Assembly (NCBI GenBank): GCA_965238175.1
Contig: CBDEGZ010000003.1
Location: forward strand, 512,001 to 576,000
Source: Gammaproteobacteria bacterium
GTDB lineage: Bacteria; Pseudomonadota; Gammaproteobacteria; CAJXQU01
DNA: 64,000 bases
Direction of reading: 5' to 3'
Shown: piece by piece, positions 10,446 through 20,951 of the stretch
Layout of the letters: every line of letters starts with the position of its first letter
Numbering within the stretch: position 1 is the stretch's first letter
Program-made: the position numbers and the translations under genes
The notes under the pieces: model-generated
What the model was told of the DNA's origin: nothing
The model's input: the letters and a program-made list of their open reading frames with translations, nothing else
Database searches by the model: none

Positions 10446-11927
10446 GTGGTCAACCATACTATTAAAATTCGAATATTCACGGCTCTATTTAGCCTAGTTC
10501 TTTCCACATTTGCTTATTACTTTGATGATATTATCAACAATGATGGCATCTTATACATGCAGGCTGCACAGGCTTTTCTCGACGGGGGTTTGTCAGCGGC
10601 CACAGAGGTCTATCCATGGCCTTTTTTTTCAATTATTGTTGCTTTTATTCATCAACTCAGTGGCCTTCCGCTTGAGATCAGTGCTTGCGTATTAAACACG
10701 CTTTTGTTTGTTTTATTAACCGATGTATTGTTACAAATCAGCATGAAATTATTGACTGATGAACGACAGTGGTTCATTGCTGCATTATTGATCCTTTGTT
10801 TTTTCACCCTTAATGAATACCGACATTTCATTATAAGAGATATTGGCTATTGGTCTTTTTGTTGTTGGACATTGTATCGATTTATATTGTTTCTTGAAAA
10901 GTCTTCTTTGAAGAATTTTATTTCTTGGCAACTTGCGGTTCTTGCATCTATTTTATTTCGTTTGGATGGGTTGGTTATTTTTCTCGGGCTGCCTGTGTAT
11001 TTACTGGTTGCTTCATCGTCAAATTATATGCCCGAGCAAGGTTCTAAACCAAACTACAAAATTATTTTCTTTCTAATTTTGATCTCTACTTTGGTTATAG
11101 GAACTGTATTAGTGACGACTTCTCTTGATATTGTTTATATCTATAACTCATATACGAATACAGGCGAGAAAGAGAGCGTTTTTACATTGTTTGAAAATAA
11201 AACCTCAATTATTGAAACTCAAATTTTGAATAAATACTCTGCACATTACAGCAAAATTGTACTTGTTTCTGGTTTAATCATGATGATGATTTATAAGCTG
11301 ATTAAAGGGCTGTCGATAGGCTATTTAGGATTCTATTTGGTATCATGGATGCAGCAAAAAAAAATAGAGCCCAATAAATATAGGTCACTACTGTTATACT
11401 TTATCGCGTTAAATATTATTCTTTTGTTGACGGTTTTATTCCATAGATATTTTGTTTCACAACGGCATGCAATTATTGTATTAATTGGGATTTTGTTATT
11501 GATACTACCAAGGTTAACAGTATTCATTCAATGGGTTTGGCTATCTAAAAATAAAAAATGGAGAATGGTTATTGTAGCAGTATTATTAATTAGCCTAATC
11601 AATGGAATCACACAATCAAATTCAAAATCATATATTAAAGATACTGCTATTTGGGCAAGTAAAAATTTGACTGGGGATATGAAGGTGCTAACTGATAATA
11701 GGGCAATAGAGTATTATTTTAATAATCATCAGTCATCGATTAAATTGATCGGAAATAAAAGCGTCATTAATTTGTATCAAAATTATGATTACCTGATTCT
11801 GATTGAAAAACAACACGATGAAGAGTTGAAGGCAGTATTAGCTACGATGAATATTGTTCCTGTTTTTGATCTTGGAAACAGGCGTGATGATAAAGCAACG
11901 GTTTATAAAGTTTTGCCAAAAAAATAG
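10446..11927 (+). CDS. Polytopic membrane protein, ArnT/GT-C-like glycosyltransferase
   Basis: N-terminal INNDGILY acidic loop, many TM segments, LPS gene context. Confidence 0.6.
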   Translation: MVNHTIKIRIFTALFSLVLSTFAYYFDDIINNDGILYMQAAQAFLDGGLSAATEVYPWPFFSIIVAFIHQLSGLPLEISACVLNTLLFVLLTDVLLQISMKLLTDERQWFIAALLILCFFTLNEYRHFIIRDIGYWSFCCWTLYRFILFLEKSSLKNFISWQLAVLASILFRLDGLVIFLGLPVYLLVASSSNYMPEQGSKPNYKIIFFLILISTLVIGTVLVTTSLDIVYIYNSYTNTGEKESVFTLFENKTSIIETQILNKYSAHYSKIVLVSGLIMMMIYKLIKGLSIGYLGFYLVSWMQQKKIEPNKYRSLLLYFIALNIILLLTVLFHRYFVSQRHAIIVLIGILLLILPRLTVFIQWVWLSKNKKWRMVIVAVLLISLINGITQSNSKSYIKDTAIWASKNLTGDMKVLTDNRAIEYYFNNHQSSIKLIGNKSVINLYQNYDYLILIEKQHDEELKAVLATMNIVPVFDLGNRRDDKATVYKVLPKK

Positions 11928-11936
11928 CGTTTCCTT

Positions 11937-12713
11937 ATGACAAAAGAATATTGGTGCGATGATTGGTATGAAACACTTTCTAATAATAATTTAGGTGGTT
12001 TCGATGCGATTTGGAATTTAAAAACAGACTGGTTTGAAGAGCCTAATCAACGGCGCGGTGGTTGGAGTGGTGTTATAAAAATTGATCTGACTACGCCTCA
12101 AGGTAACGTTGGCATTTTTATAAAGCGTCAGGAAAATCATGGTACAAAATCACTTTTTCATCCTATTCAGGGCATGCCGACGTTTGAGCGAGAATTCAGA
12201 AATATTCAACGCTTACAAAAGAATGGATTACCGACTCTTGATCTTGTTTATTTTGCCAAGAGAATAATCAAAGGTAATAATCAAGCAATTTTGATTACAA
12301 AAGAATTAACAGATTATGTCTCACTTGAGTCAAAACGTTTTTTGGTGAAAGGGGATTTGGTTAAAACAGAACTACATAAAACTAAATTAATTGAAAAGGT
12401 TGCTGGTGCGATAAGACAAATTCATAAACATCACTACCAACATAACTGTCTCTATTTAAAGCATATCTTTGTGAAACCTATTAATGATTCTTGGGATATT
12501 AAAATAATTGATTTGGAAAAACTCAAATGGCGTCTTTATAGAAAAGATGCTGTTTTTCGAGATCTTTATACTCTACATAGACACTCAGAAAATTGGTCCG
12601 ATAGAATAAATGTAAAATTTTTCAAGTCTTATGTCGGTGAGAGAAAGCTTTCATCCGAATCAAAAAAACTTTTGCGTTCTATTGAAGAAAAAGCACACTC
12701 TAAGCGTATGTAA
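11937..12713 (+). CDS. Lipopolysaccharide kinase, InaA/WaaP family
   Basis: WFEEPNQRRGGWSGV, IKRQENH, HNCLYLKHIF, IDLEK. Confidence 0.85.
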   Translation: MTKEYWCDDWYETLSNNNLGGFDAIWNLKTDWFEEPNQRRGGWSGVIKIDLTTPQGNVGIFIKRQENHGTKSLFHPIQGMPTFEREFRNIQRLQKNGLPTLDLVYFAKRIIKGNNQAILITKELTDYVSLESKRFLVKGDLVKTELHKTKLIEKVAGAIRQIHKHHYQHNCLYLKHIFVKPINDSWDIKIIDLEKLKWRLYRKDAVFRDLYTLHRHSENWSDRINVKFFKSYVGERKLSSESKKLLRSIEEKAHSKRM

Positions 12714-12765
12714 TGTCGTCAGAAGTTGCCACCTTGAAAATCGAAATAAATTTAAGAATAATAAT

Positions 12766-14490
12766 ATGATTATATTAGGTCTATCAGGCGCAGTAAATCA
12801 TGATGCATCTGCCGCGATATATAATAATGGTAAATTGGTTGCAGCTGCAGAAGAAGAACGTTTTCTGCGTGACAAACATGCTAAAGGTAAGATGGCTTAT
12901 GAAGCGACAAAGTTTTGTCTAGAGCAGGCAAATATCAGGCCTGATCAAATTGATATAGTCGCTTTTCCTTATACTCAAATTTCTCTTAAGTCTCCAGCAC
13001 GATGGCATTATGCGCGACGTTATTGGTATGCACCAGATCGTGCGTTGACCGCACTATTCAGTGGTAATCGTCGCTACTGGCGAAACCACCAAAATGTTAT
13101 GAAATTACTCGACGATCTTGGTATCGATTCAAAACGTGTATCTTTCGAACCTGTCGAACATCATCTTGCCCATGCAAGTAGTGCTTATCATCTGAGCGGT
13201 TTTGAAGAAAAAACAGCAATCATCGGAATTGATGGTAAGGGTGAATATGCCACAACATTTTTTGGTTATGGTGAAAATGGAAAGATCTATAAAATTAAAG
13301 AATTTTATGATCCAGATTCTCTTGGTGGAATGTATGGCGCATTAACGGAATTTCTCGGTTTCGAAATGTTAGACGGTGAGTTTAAAGTAATGGGAATGGC
13401 GCCATATGGTGATCCAAATCGTTTTGACTTTTCACGGCTAATTAAATTTCAAAATGGCGACTTTAAGGTTAATACTAAACTTGTTAATACGCTTGGCTTT
13501 CGAAGATTTAAGAAAAAAGGTAAAGGTTATTTTTTTAGTCCAAAACTGATCGACTGGTTAGGTCCAATGCGTGATGGGGATGAAATTGATGATCCCTATA
13601 TTGACTATGCTGCAAGCATCCAAAATTTGTTAGAAAAAACAGCATTACACTTAATTGATTACTATCTTGGTGACATCATTAAAGAAACAGGAAAAGTTTG
13701 TTTTGCTGGAGGTGTGGCGCTTAATGTAAAACTAAATCAACGCATCATTGCGATACCAGATGTAAAGGAACTCTTTGTACAACCCGCTGCTAGTGATGCT
13801 GGTACGGCCATTGGTGCAGCAAGCTATGCTTCAGAAAAAGCTGACGTTCCTGTTGAAAAAATGGAGCATGTGTATCTCGGCCCTTCATATACAACTGATG
13901 TTTGTATCAAAGTTTGTGAGGATTATCCCAAAGATGTGAAATGGCAACGTTTGGAAAATGTTACTCAACAAACGGCTGAAATTCTTAATAAGGGGAATCC
14001 TGTTTCCTGGTTTCAAGGTCGGATGGAGTTCGGGCCTCGCGCGTTAGGTAACCGGAGTATTTTGGGTAGCCCCGATCACTCAGGTGTTGCCGATAGAATA
14101 AATGCACAGATAAAATATCGTGAACGATGGCGCCCATTTTGTCCGAGTATGTTAGATCGCATAGCTCCAGAAATCTTACAAACAGATCATCCAAGCCCAT
14201 ATATGACTTTTACGTTTGACGTAGCAGAAAACTGGAAGAAACGTATTCCTGAAGTTGTGCATGAAGATGGAACTGCGCGAGCTCAGATAGTCACAAAAGA
14301 AACCAATCCAAGATATTATTCGCTGTTGGAAGAAATAGAAAAATTAAATGGTAATGCAGTTTTACTTAATACATCACTTAACCGTCGCGGAGAACCGATG
14401 GTCTGTAGTCCTACGGATGCTTTGAATATGTTCTATGGATCCGATCTTGAATATTTGGTGATGGAAGATATTTTGATTACAAAATCATGA
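12766..14490 (+). CDS. Carbamoyltransferase (NodU/CmcH family, LPS-core type)
   Basis: Start MIILGLSG; HDASAA, EEERF, HHLAHA, GGVALN, EFGPRALGNRSIL, LNTSLN. Confidence 0.93.
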   Translation: MIILGLSGAVNHDASAAIYNNGKLVAAAEEERFLRDKHAKGKMAYEATKFCLEQANIRPDQIDIVAFPYTQISLKSPARWHYARRYWYAPDRALTALFSGNRRYWRNHQNVMKLLDDLGIDSKRVSFEPVEHHLAHASSAYHLSGFEEKTAIIGIDGKGEYATTFFGYGENGKIYKIKEFYDPDSLGGMYGALTEFLGFEMLDGEFKVMGMAPYGDPNRFDFSRLIKFQNGDFKVNTKLVNTLGFRRFKKKGKGYFFSPKLIDWLGPMRDGDEIDDPYIDYAASIQNLLEKTALHLIDYYLGDIIKETGKVCFAGGVALNVKLNQRIIAIPDVKELFVQPAASDAGTAIGAASYASEKADVPVEKMEHVYLGPSYTTDVCIKVCEDYPKDVKWQRLENVTQQTAEILNKGNPVSWFQGRMEFGPRALGNRSILGSPDHSGVADRINAQIKYRERWRPFCPSMLDRIAPEILQTDHPSPYMTFTFDVAENWKKRIPEVVHEDGTARAQIVTKETNPRYYSLLEEIEKLNGNAVLLNTSLNRRGEPMVCSPTDALNMFYGSDLEYLVMEDILITKS

Positions 14491-14555
14491 TTAAGCATGA
14501 TCCAGAATTCATGGTTGGTAAAGGGTTGCATTGAAAAAATATTTGCTTATTTATT

Positions 14556-15600
14556 AACTCCAACTCGGTTTAAGAAAATGAACTAACGGCCTGTTCCCCG
14601 ATCAGATCAATTGTCATCAAACAATTGAAAAAAAGGAGAACAGACCGATGTATAAATTAGTTGAAATCTTTTGTGATGTCGATGATAAGGTGAATGCCGA
14701 AGGCAGAGAGAATACCCTGGGGTATTTTTGTCAACACTTCATGCCGTTGTGGGAACAACAATTATTGACCGATGGCAAACGTCAACGTCGTCGAGTTGGA
14801 CGAATGCAGGCCAGCGAAATCATAACAATTATTATTCTGTTTCATCACTCCAACCATCGTGACTTCAAGAACTATTACAAAGGTTTTGTGGCTCAATTCT
14901 ATGCAAAGGACTTTCCCGAGATACTAAGCTACACGCGCTTTCTAGAGGTAATGCCGACGGTGCTTGTTCCTTTATGCAGCTACTTTTCTTATCTCAAAGG
15001 TAAACCCACTGGCGTTGCGTTTATCGATTCAACCGCCTTAAAAGTGTGCCACAATCTGCGTATTCCACGCCATCGTGTTTTCAAAGATATTGCTCAACGA
15101 GGTCGAGGCACCATGGGCTGGTTTTATGGCTTCAAATTGCACCTCATCACCAATCATCAGGGGGATATCCTTGCGGCCAAAATCACACCTGGAAATGTCG
15201 ATGACCGTCAGCCTGTTCCTGAACTCTGTGAAGCGATGAATGGCAAACTATACGAGGATAAAGGCTATATCAGCCAAGCCTTATCGAGCGAATTGTTTGA
15301 TAAAGGCGTTGAGTTGGTGACCAATGTCCGGAAAAACATGAAAGCAAGAGTCCTTTCATTATGGGACAGAGCCATGTTGAGTCGGCGTTTTATTATTGAA
15401 ACGATCAATGACCAATTGAAGAACATATCGCAAATAGAACATTCCAGACACCGCTCTGTACATGGCTTTATGCTCAATCTTATTGGTGGGTTGATTGCTT
15501 ATTGTCTGAAAGAGAGCAAGCCGTCTTTGAACGTGTCAGGGGAAGAGTTCAATTGTTTGAAACAGGCATTAGTAACGGTGGATTAAACCGATCTGAGGTT
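14556..15600 (+). mobile_element. IS982-family element, full length (transposase 14648-15586) with a 13-aa in-frame insertion
   Basis: Terminal IRs AACTCCAACTCGGTTTAA / TTAAACCGATCTGAGGTT; FIDST, GWFYGFKLH, DKGYIS, IETINDQLK. Confidence 0.93.
14687..14725. repeat. 39-bp double-hairpin mini-element inserted in frame in the transposase
   Basis: Absent from the second IS982 copy. Contains TGCC-GAA-GGCA and ATACC-CTGG-GGTAT; encodes KVNAEGRENTLGY. Confidence 0.75.
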
Positions 15601-15990
15601 AATTAATAAAATTGTCGATGTAGAATTTTAGATGCTCAGTGACATGAGCGACTTGTATCTCAGCCATACTAAGCTGGTAAGCAGTTTACGCTTAATAATA
15701 CCTTGTGATATTAGTTTTGATTTATGCAGAAATTAAGATCCAAAACCACCCTGTTCAAGTTAAATTTATTGATGAGCTAGATATATTTAATAATGAAATT
15801 GAAAATTCACGTGTGAGTTTTCTCACAATCTTGAAAAAGTAATTTATGTTTAATTCTAATGCTTTAGTACCTCAGGAAGAAGCTGTGGTGAGAAAGACAT
15901 ATTAGATTTGAAAAGACATTAGACAGAAAAATACTAAGTTCAAGCATACAAGGTTAAAATGGTTATTATTTTTGTATATTAGGAGGTGCC

Positions 15991-16275
15991 GTGATGAATA
16001 ATCTAGAAAAAACAAGTGATTGGAAACGTTTGCTTTACATGTTTCTGTTTGCTGTACTTTTTAATGTTTCCGAGTTTGTTATTTATGTCATTATGATGAT
16101 TCAATTTGTTTTAAGATTGACGACAGGTGAGATGAATAATGAATTGTTGAGCCTGAGTAAAAATATTGCTCGATACGCATCACAGTTAGTAGAGTATTTG
16201 ACGTTTATAACGGATGAGAAACCTTATCCGTTTTCACCTTGGTCTAATGAGGAAATAAAAAATAAAATTCACTAA
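15991..16275 (+). CDS. DUF4389-type small membrane protein
   Basis: WKRLLYM...QF...TG..N..L...YLTF.TDEKPYPFSPW pattern, with AGGAGG RBS. Confidence 0.75.
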   Translation: MMNNLEKTSDWKRLLYMFLFAVLFNVSEFVIYVIMMIQFVLRLTTGEMNNELLSLSKNIARYASQLVEYLTFITDEKPYPFSPWSNEEIKNKIH

Positions 16276-16333
16276 GAAATGTTAGGGTTAGCTACATAGA
16301 TGTGATCTTTATAAAATTAAATAAGAGAGAGTA

Positions 16334-16765
16334 ATGAATAATAAAAATCTCAATAAAATTCAGCTTTATCAAATAACCGTTATCTTCAGTGTGTTATTTG
16401 CGTTGCTGGGTTTTTCATACAATGTGTGGCGTATGGAGGTGACTGAAGAAAACAGTAATAACAGAACAGCCTGCTTCGAAATGTTATTAGAGCTATCCTC
16501 TTTAGAACAATTAATTTATGCCGCACATTATGATAAAAACATACAAGAAGGCAACCCAAGAAAGGGTTGGGTAAAGGTCGGGTTAATAAATGATTTAAGT
16601 GTACTCACGACTCATTCTGTTGAAAAGCAAGCTAGCGTACTGAAAGAAGTATGGGCGGTGAATTGGGATAAAATGACGGATAATCAAAGCTCCGCAGATC
16701 AAATAGTAAAAGCTATTGATTTAGTAAGAGAAGAAATCAAATTAACCTTGAGTTCACTCGAATAG
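16334..16765 (+). CDS. Hypothetical protein with N-terminal TM helix
   Basis: Clean 143-aa ORF with a purine-rich RBS. Confidence 0.6.
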   Translation: MNNKNLNKIQLYQITVIFSVLFALLGFSYNVWRMEVTEENSNNRTACFEMLLELSSLEQLIYAAHYDKNIQEGNPRKGWVKVGLINDLSVLTTHSVEKQASVLKEVWAVNWDKMTDNQSSADQIVKAIDLVREEIKLTLSSLE

Positions 16766-16810
16766 CACAAATTCCTAAGGTTATATAAAGGATCTGCCAC
16801 AGCTACGCTA

Positions 16811-17503
16811 ATGAAAAAAATTAAGCAGGTTTTGATCAAATTAGGTCTTATTATTTTAGGTTTAATGGCGCTCTCAATTTGTCTGGTTTTTATTCTTCGC
16901 TGGGTCAACCCTCCGACCAGTGCATTTATGCTTGGACATAAGTTCTTTGCTAAGGAAAAATCTCAAATAATTTATGAATGGCAAGACTGGGATCAAATTT
17001 CTCATGAAATGATTTTGGCCGTTATTGCGGCGGAAGACCAACGTTTTCCAGAACATGTTGGAATTGACTTTAAGCAGCTCAAGCTTGTGCTTGGAAACTA
17101 CAAAAAAGGCAAACGTTTAAGAGGTGCTAGCACCATTAGTCAGCAAACAGCTAAGAATCTTTTTTTATGGTCAGGGCGCAGTTTTTTTAGAAAAGGTCTT
17201 GAGGTCTGGTTTACTTTTTGTCTTGAAATCTTATTAGATAAAAAACGAATTTTAGAATTGTATTTAAACATTGTAGAGTTCGGTAACGGTATATATGGAG
17301 CAGAAGCTGCAAGTCAGACTTACTTTAAGAAATCCGCTGAACGGCTTACAAAAAGAGAATCAGCAATGCTGGCGGCGGCACTCCCGAATCCGAAAAACTA
17401 TAAAGTAAACAAACCCTCAAACACGGTTTATCAACGGCAAAGTTGGATATTAAAACAAATGCAAAACCTGGGGGTAAAACCGATTCAACTGCTTGAGAAG
17501 TAA
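16811..17503 (+). CDS. mtgA: Monofunctional peptidoglycan transglycosylase
   Basis: [39 protein letters not shown]. Confidence 0.93.
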   Translation: MKKIKQVLIKLGLIILGLMALSICLVFILRWVNPPTSAFMLGHKFFAKEKSQIIYEWQDWDQISHEMILAVIAAEDQRFPEHVGIDFKQLKLVLGNYKKGKRLRGASTISQQTAKNLFLWSGRSFFRKGLEVWFTFCLEILLDKKRILELYLNIVEFGNGIYGAEAASQTYFKKSAERLTKRESAMLAAALPNPKNYKVNKPSNTVYQRQSWILKQMQNLGVKPIQLLEK

Positions 17504-17513
17504 GAAGCTAACG

Positions 17514-17825
17514 CTACATTTGTACTAATTCAGAAACTTCCAGCGAACCATCGACATCAAGAAATGGGCACGCTTTTGCAATCGCCAGCGCAGCATCCAT
17601 AGAATCAGCTTTAATGATGGTATAACCAGACATTGTCGTTGAACCACCAGTAGTAACAGAGCCATCAGAATTTATCGTACTTGTATTTTTTAAAGGGTTC
17701 ATAGGGCTAACCGCAGCATCACCTAATGAGGCCAACCATCCCATATATTTCTGCATATGTTGTTTGCCTTCATCTGGACTAGAAGGAGGGTTTCCACCTA
17801 GATAAGTAATAATAAATTGAGTCAC
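17514..17825 (-). CDS. YciI/DGPF-like dimeric alpha-beta barrel protein
   Basis: SGYTIIKADSMDAALAIAKACP...LEV pattern. Confidence 0.7.
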   Translation of the reverse strand: MTQFIITYLGGNPPSSPDEGKQHMQKYMGWLASLGDAAVSPMNPLKNTSTINSDGSVTTGGSTTMSGYTIIKADSMDAALAIAKACPFLDVDGSLEVSELVQM

Positions 17826-18242
17826 TTGTTTCTCCTTTTCGTGGTGTCATCATATTATCGCCTAGAATTTTGTGGAATAACATCGTATGTTAGTAGCAGG
17901 ATTACTTAGATGAAAGAAAACAAAACTAAAACCCTAATCTCTATTCTTCTGGCGAGTGTCATGGTTTTCCTTTGGCAGGCAGATCAGTTTCCAGTAAACT
18001 AATCGGGATTTATTCAATGCTTGCACAATTGATCGGAATTTCCTTATTGGCTTTTGTACTTTTATATCCAATCAATTGGTTTTTAAGAGTAATTTTTGGC
18101 CCGATATTCCTTATATTGAAGTATTCCATCAACAAAATTTCATAATTTCTTCAGATTGGCCTGAATCTTGATGGATGTGATTACTGTAAACTGTTAGCAA
18201 TTTTCACAATATCGAACAATTTCAAGAACAATAAAACACTAA

Positions 18243-19661
18243 ATGTCTGTTAAAAAGCTAAATTACCTGCTTCCAATATCGATCAGTTTTTTGTTGATGG
18301 CCGGTTGTGTGAAAGATATTCTTGTCGAACAGGAAGTACCTATCGATCCCCCCGCAAACTGGCAGGCAAAAAGTCTGGTTGCTGATCTTGATCAACCACA
18401 AGCATGGTTGGAAGATCTTGATTCACCTGTTTTAGATCAGCTCGTCGCAGAATCACTATCAGGTAACCTTCCTCTTAAAGCCGCATTGGCCCGATGGCAG
18501 GCAGCGCAAGCGCAAAGTAACATTGCCGGCGCACCTTTAAAGCCGAGTGTAGAAGCAGGAGGCGATATTGCAAGGCGTCGCGCAAATCAAAATAGCAGTA
18601 ATGATTTTTCTTTTGATGTTAGTACCAGTTGGGAGGCAGATGTTTGGGGACGATTAGCAAATGTGGAACGTGCAGCAATTAATGATGAACAGGCATTTGA
18701 GGCAGATTACCGTGCCGCAAAATTATCGCTTGCTGCCGATGTTGCTCAACAATGGTTTGCCAGTATTGAAGCTCAGCAACAAGAAAAACTGGCGTTTAAA
18801 AATGCCGTGACCTTCAAGCAAAGTTTAGAGGTGATCGAAGAGCGTTATCGACGCGGATTAAATACTGCATTGGATGTGCATCTAGCACGGACAGATGTGG
18901 CAACCGCTGAGAGTGCGGTAACACAACGAACACGTGAGAAAGATGGGATTTTACGTCAGCTGGATATTCTGTTGGGACGCTATCCGGCGGCCGCGCTAGC
19001 AATTACTGATCAACTTCCCATATTGGCTAAAAAGGTTCCTGTTGGCATACCTGCCGAGATTTTGATCCGCCGCCCAGATTTACTTGCAGCGGAAAATCGT
19101 CTAAATGCAGCAGGAGAACGGTTAGAGGAAGCACGTAAAAATCGTTTGCCGACAATTCGATTGACGGGTAGTGCTGGTTTGAGAAGTGCTGAGCTAAATC
19201 AACTATTGGATTGGGATAATCTTGTTTGGAATCTGCTGGCGAGCATTACACAACCAATTTTTGAGGGTGGTAAACTTAATGCGGAGCAAGCTTTGGCCGA
19301 GGCTAGACACAGTGAACTTTGGGCAAATTATGCACAGGCTGTACTCGCCGCTTTTCAAGAGGTAGAAACGGCACTGGCCGCGGAAGATCGATATACGCGT
19401 GAACTGGAACAATTACAATTGGCTACGAGTGAAGCAGAGGAGGCAGCTGAACTTGCAGTATCACATTATCAAAATGGTCTGACTGATATCATTACATTAC
19501 TACAAGCACAACAACGTGCGTTCAACTCCGAGAGTACTTTATTACGCGTGCACCGGGAACAATTGGACAATCGAATTGCCTTATACTTGGCATTGGGAGG
19601 CGAATTTTCGCCAGCGCAGATAGAATCTGCGCGTAACGATGACGTACAAGAAATTAAATAA
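18243..19661 (+). CDS. Outer-membrane efflux lipoprotein (NodT/OprM family)
   Basis: Lipobox MAGC, SWEADVWG, RRPD, AFQEVE, LYLALGG. Confidence 0.92.
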   Translation: MSVKKLNYLLPISISFLLMAGCVKDILVEQEVPIDPPANWQAKSLVADLDQPQAWLEDLDSPVLDQLVAESLSGNLPLKAALARWQAAQAQSNIAGAPLKPSVEAGGDIARRRANQNSSNDFSFDVSTSWEADVWGRLANVERAAINDEQAFEADYRAAKLSLAADVAQQWFASIEAQQQEKLAFKNAVTFKQSLEVIEERYRRGLNTALDVHLARTDVATAESAVTQRTREKDGILRQLDILLGRYPAAALAITDQLPILAKKVPVGIPAEILIRRPDLLAAENRLNAAGERLEEARKNRLPTIRLTGSAGLRSAELNQLLDWDNLVWNLLASITQPIFEGGKLNAEQALAEARHSELWANYAQAVLAAFQEVETALAAEDRYTRELEQLQLATSEAEEAAELAVSHYQNGLTDIITLLQAQQRAFNSESTLLRVHREQLDNRIALYLALGGEFSPAQIESARNDDVQEIK

Positions 19662-19690
19662 TTGAACATAATAGAGTTATCTAACTATTC

Positions 19691-20950
19691 ATGACAAAAA
19701 AAATCATCCATTTATTTATGACCTTAGCTGTTTTAGCAGTAGGCATTTATTTTGGAATGAATCTGATAAAAACCGCACCAGAAACTGAACGGCGGCCATC
19801 AAAAAAACTCATCCCTCTCGTCGATGTTATCGAGGCGCGACCACAATCATATTCTGTTCAATTATCTAGTCGTGGCACAGTTAGCCCACGAACGGAGAGC
19901 ACACTAACTTCTCAAGTTTCTGGTCGAGTTATTCGTATTAGTGATCACTTTCGTCCTGGCGGATTTTTCGAAGCTAATGAGGAGTTGTTGCAGATCGATC
20001 CCATCGACTATGAACTTGCCTTAACCTCAGCCAAGGCCGAAATACAGCAAATGCGATTGGCCCTGACGGAAGAAAAAGCGCAAGCAAAACAGGCCGAAAG
20101 TGACTGGAAGAAACTGGGCATGAAAGGCAAACCGGATGCATTAGTGATGCGTGAACCACAACTCGCAGAAGCTCGAGCAATGCTGGCTTCTGCTAATGCT
20201 AAAGTGAAACGAGCACAAATTGATCTAGAACGTTCACGAATTATTGCGCCTTATGCTGGACGGATAATGGAACAACATGTAGATATTGGACAATACGTTT
20301 CTTCGGGTACTACGCTCGCAAAAATCTATGCAACAGAATATGTTGAAGTGCGTTTACCCTTAACGGATAGGCAACTTGCCTATGTTGATTTACCAGAAAG
20401 TTATCGTGGTGAAGTAGCTACAAAAAAAGGACCAGAAGTTAAGCTATCAGCTGAACTTGGCAACAAAATATATAGTTGGAAAGGTAGAATCGTACGTACA
20501 GAAGGATCTATTGATACTCAAAGTCGGCAGTTGTTTGTTACTGCGCAGGTCGATGATCCATACGTCAGATCAAAAGAAGATCGCCCTCCACTTAAAATTG
20601 GACAATTTGTTCGGGCTCAAATTGTAGGAAAAACTTTAAATAATGTTTATGTGTTGCCACGTTCTGTTTTGTCAGGAACAGACGGAATTTTGATCGCAGT
20701 TGAAGATCAAGAAAACAAATATCACGTTCAATATCGATCATTAAAAATAGTTTGGCAAGATTCAGAGAATGTAGTGATCGGTTCTGGGCTTAGTGGGGGC
20801 GAGCTCGTTATTTCAACTTCAATGCCTTATGCAACAGATGGTGCGGAAATTCGAGTTGCTCCAAAACTGGCAAAAAAGAAACGTACTAAAGAAAAATTGG
20901 CGATGCAAAAGGTAAGCAACGACGATCACCAAGCCCCCATGGAACCATAA
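19691..20950 (+). CDS. RND periplasmic adaptor (membrane fusion protein)
   Basis: N-terminal anchor, QVSGRV, IIAPYAG, LKIGQFV; lies between OMF and RND genes. Confidence 0.9.
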   Translation: MTKKIIHLFMTLAVLAVGIYFGMNLIKTAPETERRPSKKLIPLVDVIEARPQSYSVQLSSRGTVSPRTESTLTSQVSGRVIRISDHFRPGGFFEANEELLQIDPIDYELALTSAKAEIQQMRLALTEEKAQAKQAESDWKKLGMKGKPDALVMREPQLAEARAMLASANAKVKRAQIDLERSRIIAPYAGRIMEQHVDIGQYVSSGTTLAKIYATEYVEVRLPLTDRQLAYVDLPESYRGEVATKKGPEVKLSAELGNKIYSWKGRIVRTEGSIDTQSRQLFVTAQVDDPYVRSKEDRPPLKIGQFVRAQIVGKTLNNVYVLPRSVLSGTDGILIAVEDQENKYHVQYRSLKIVWQDSENVVIGSGLSGGELVISTSMPYATDGAEIRVAPKLAKKKRTKEKLAMQKVSNDDHQAPMEP

Positions 20951-20951
20951 A

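Noticed and set aside
12631-12765. 45-aa N-terminal extension of the carbamoyltransferase
   Set aside because: It overlaps the kinase gene; family homology starts at MIILG (12766).
15991-17825. Integron cassettes among the small genes here and at the GFA gene (28526-28951)
   Set aside because: The gene types are cassette-like, but I found no paired R''/L''/L'/R' structure.
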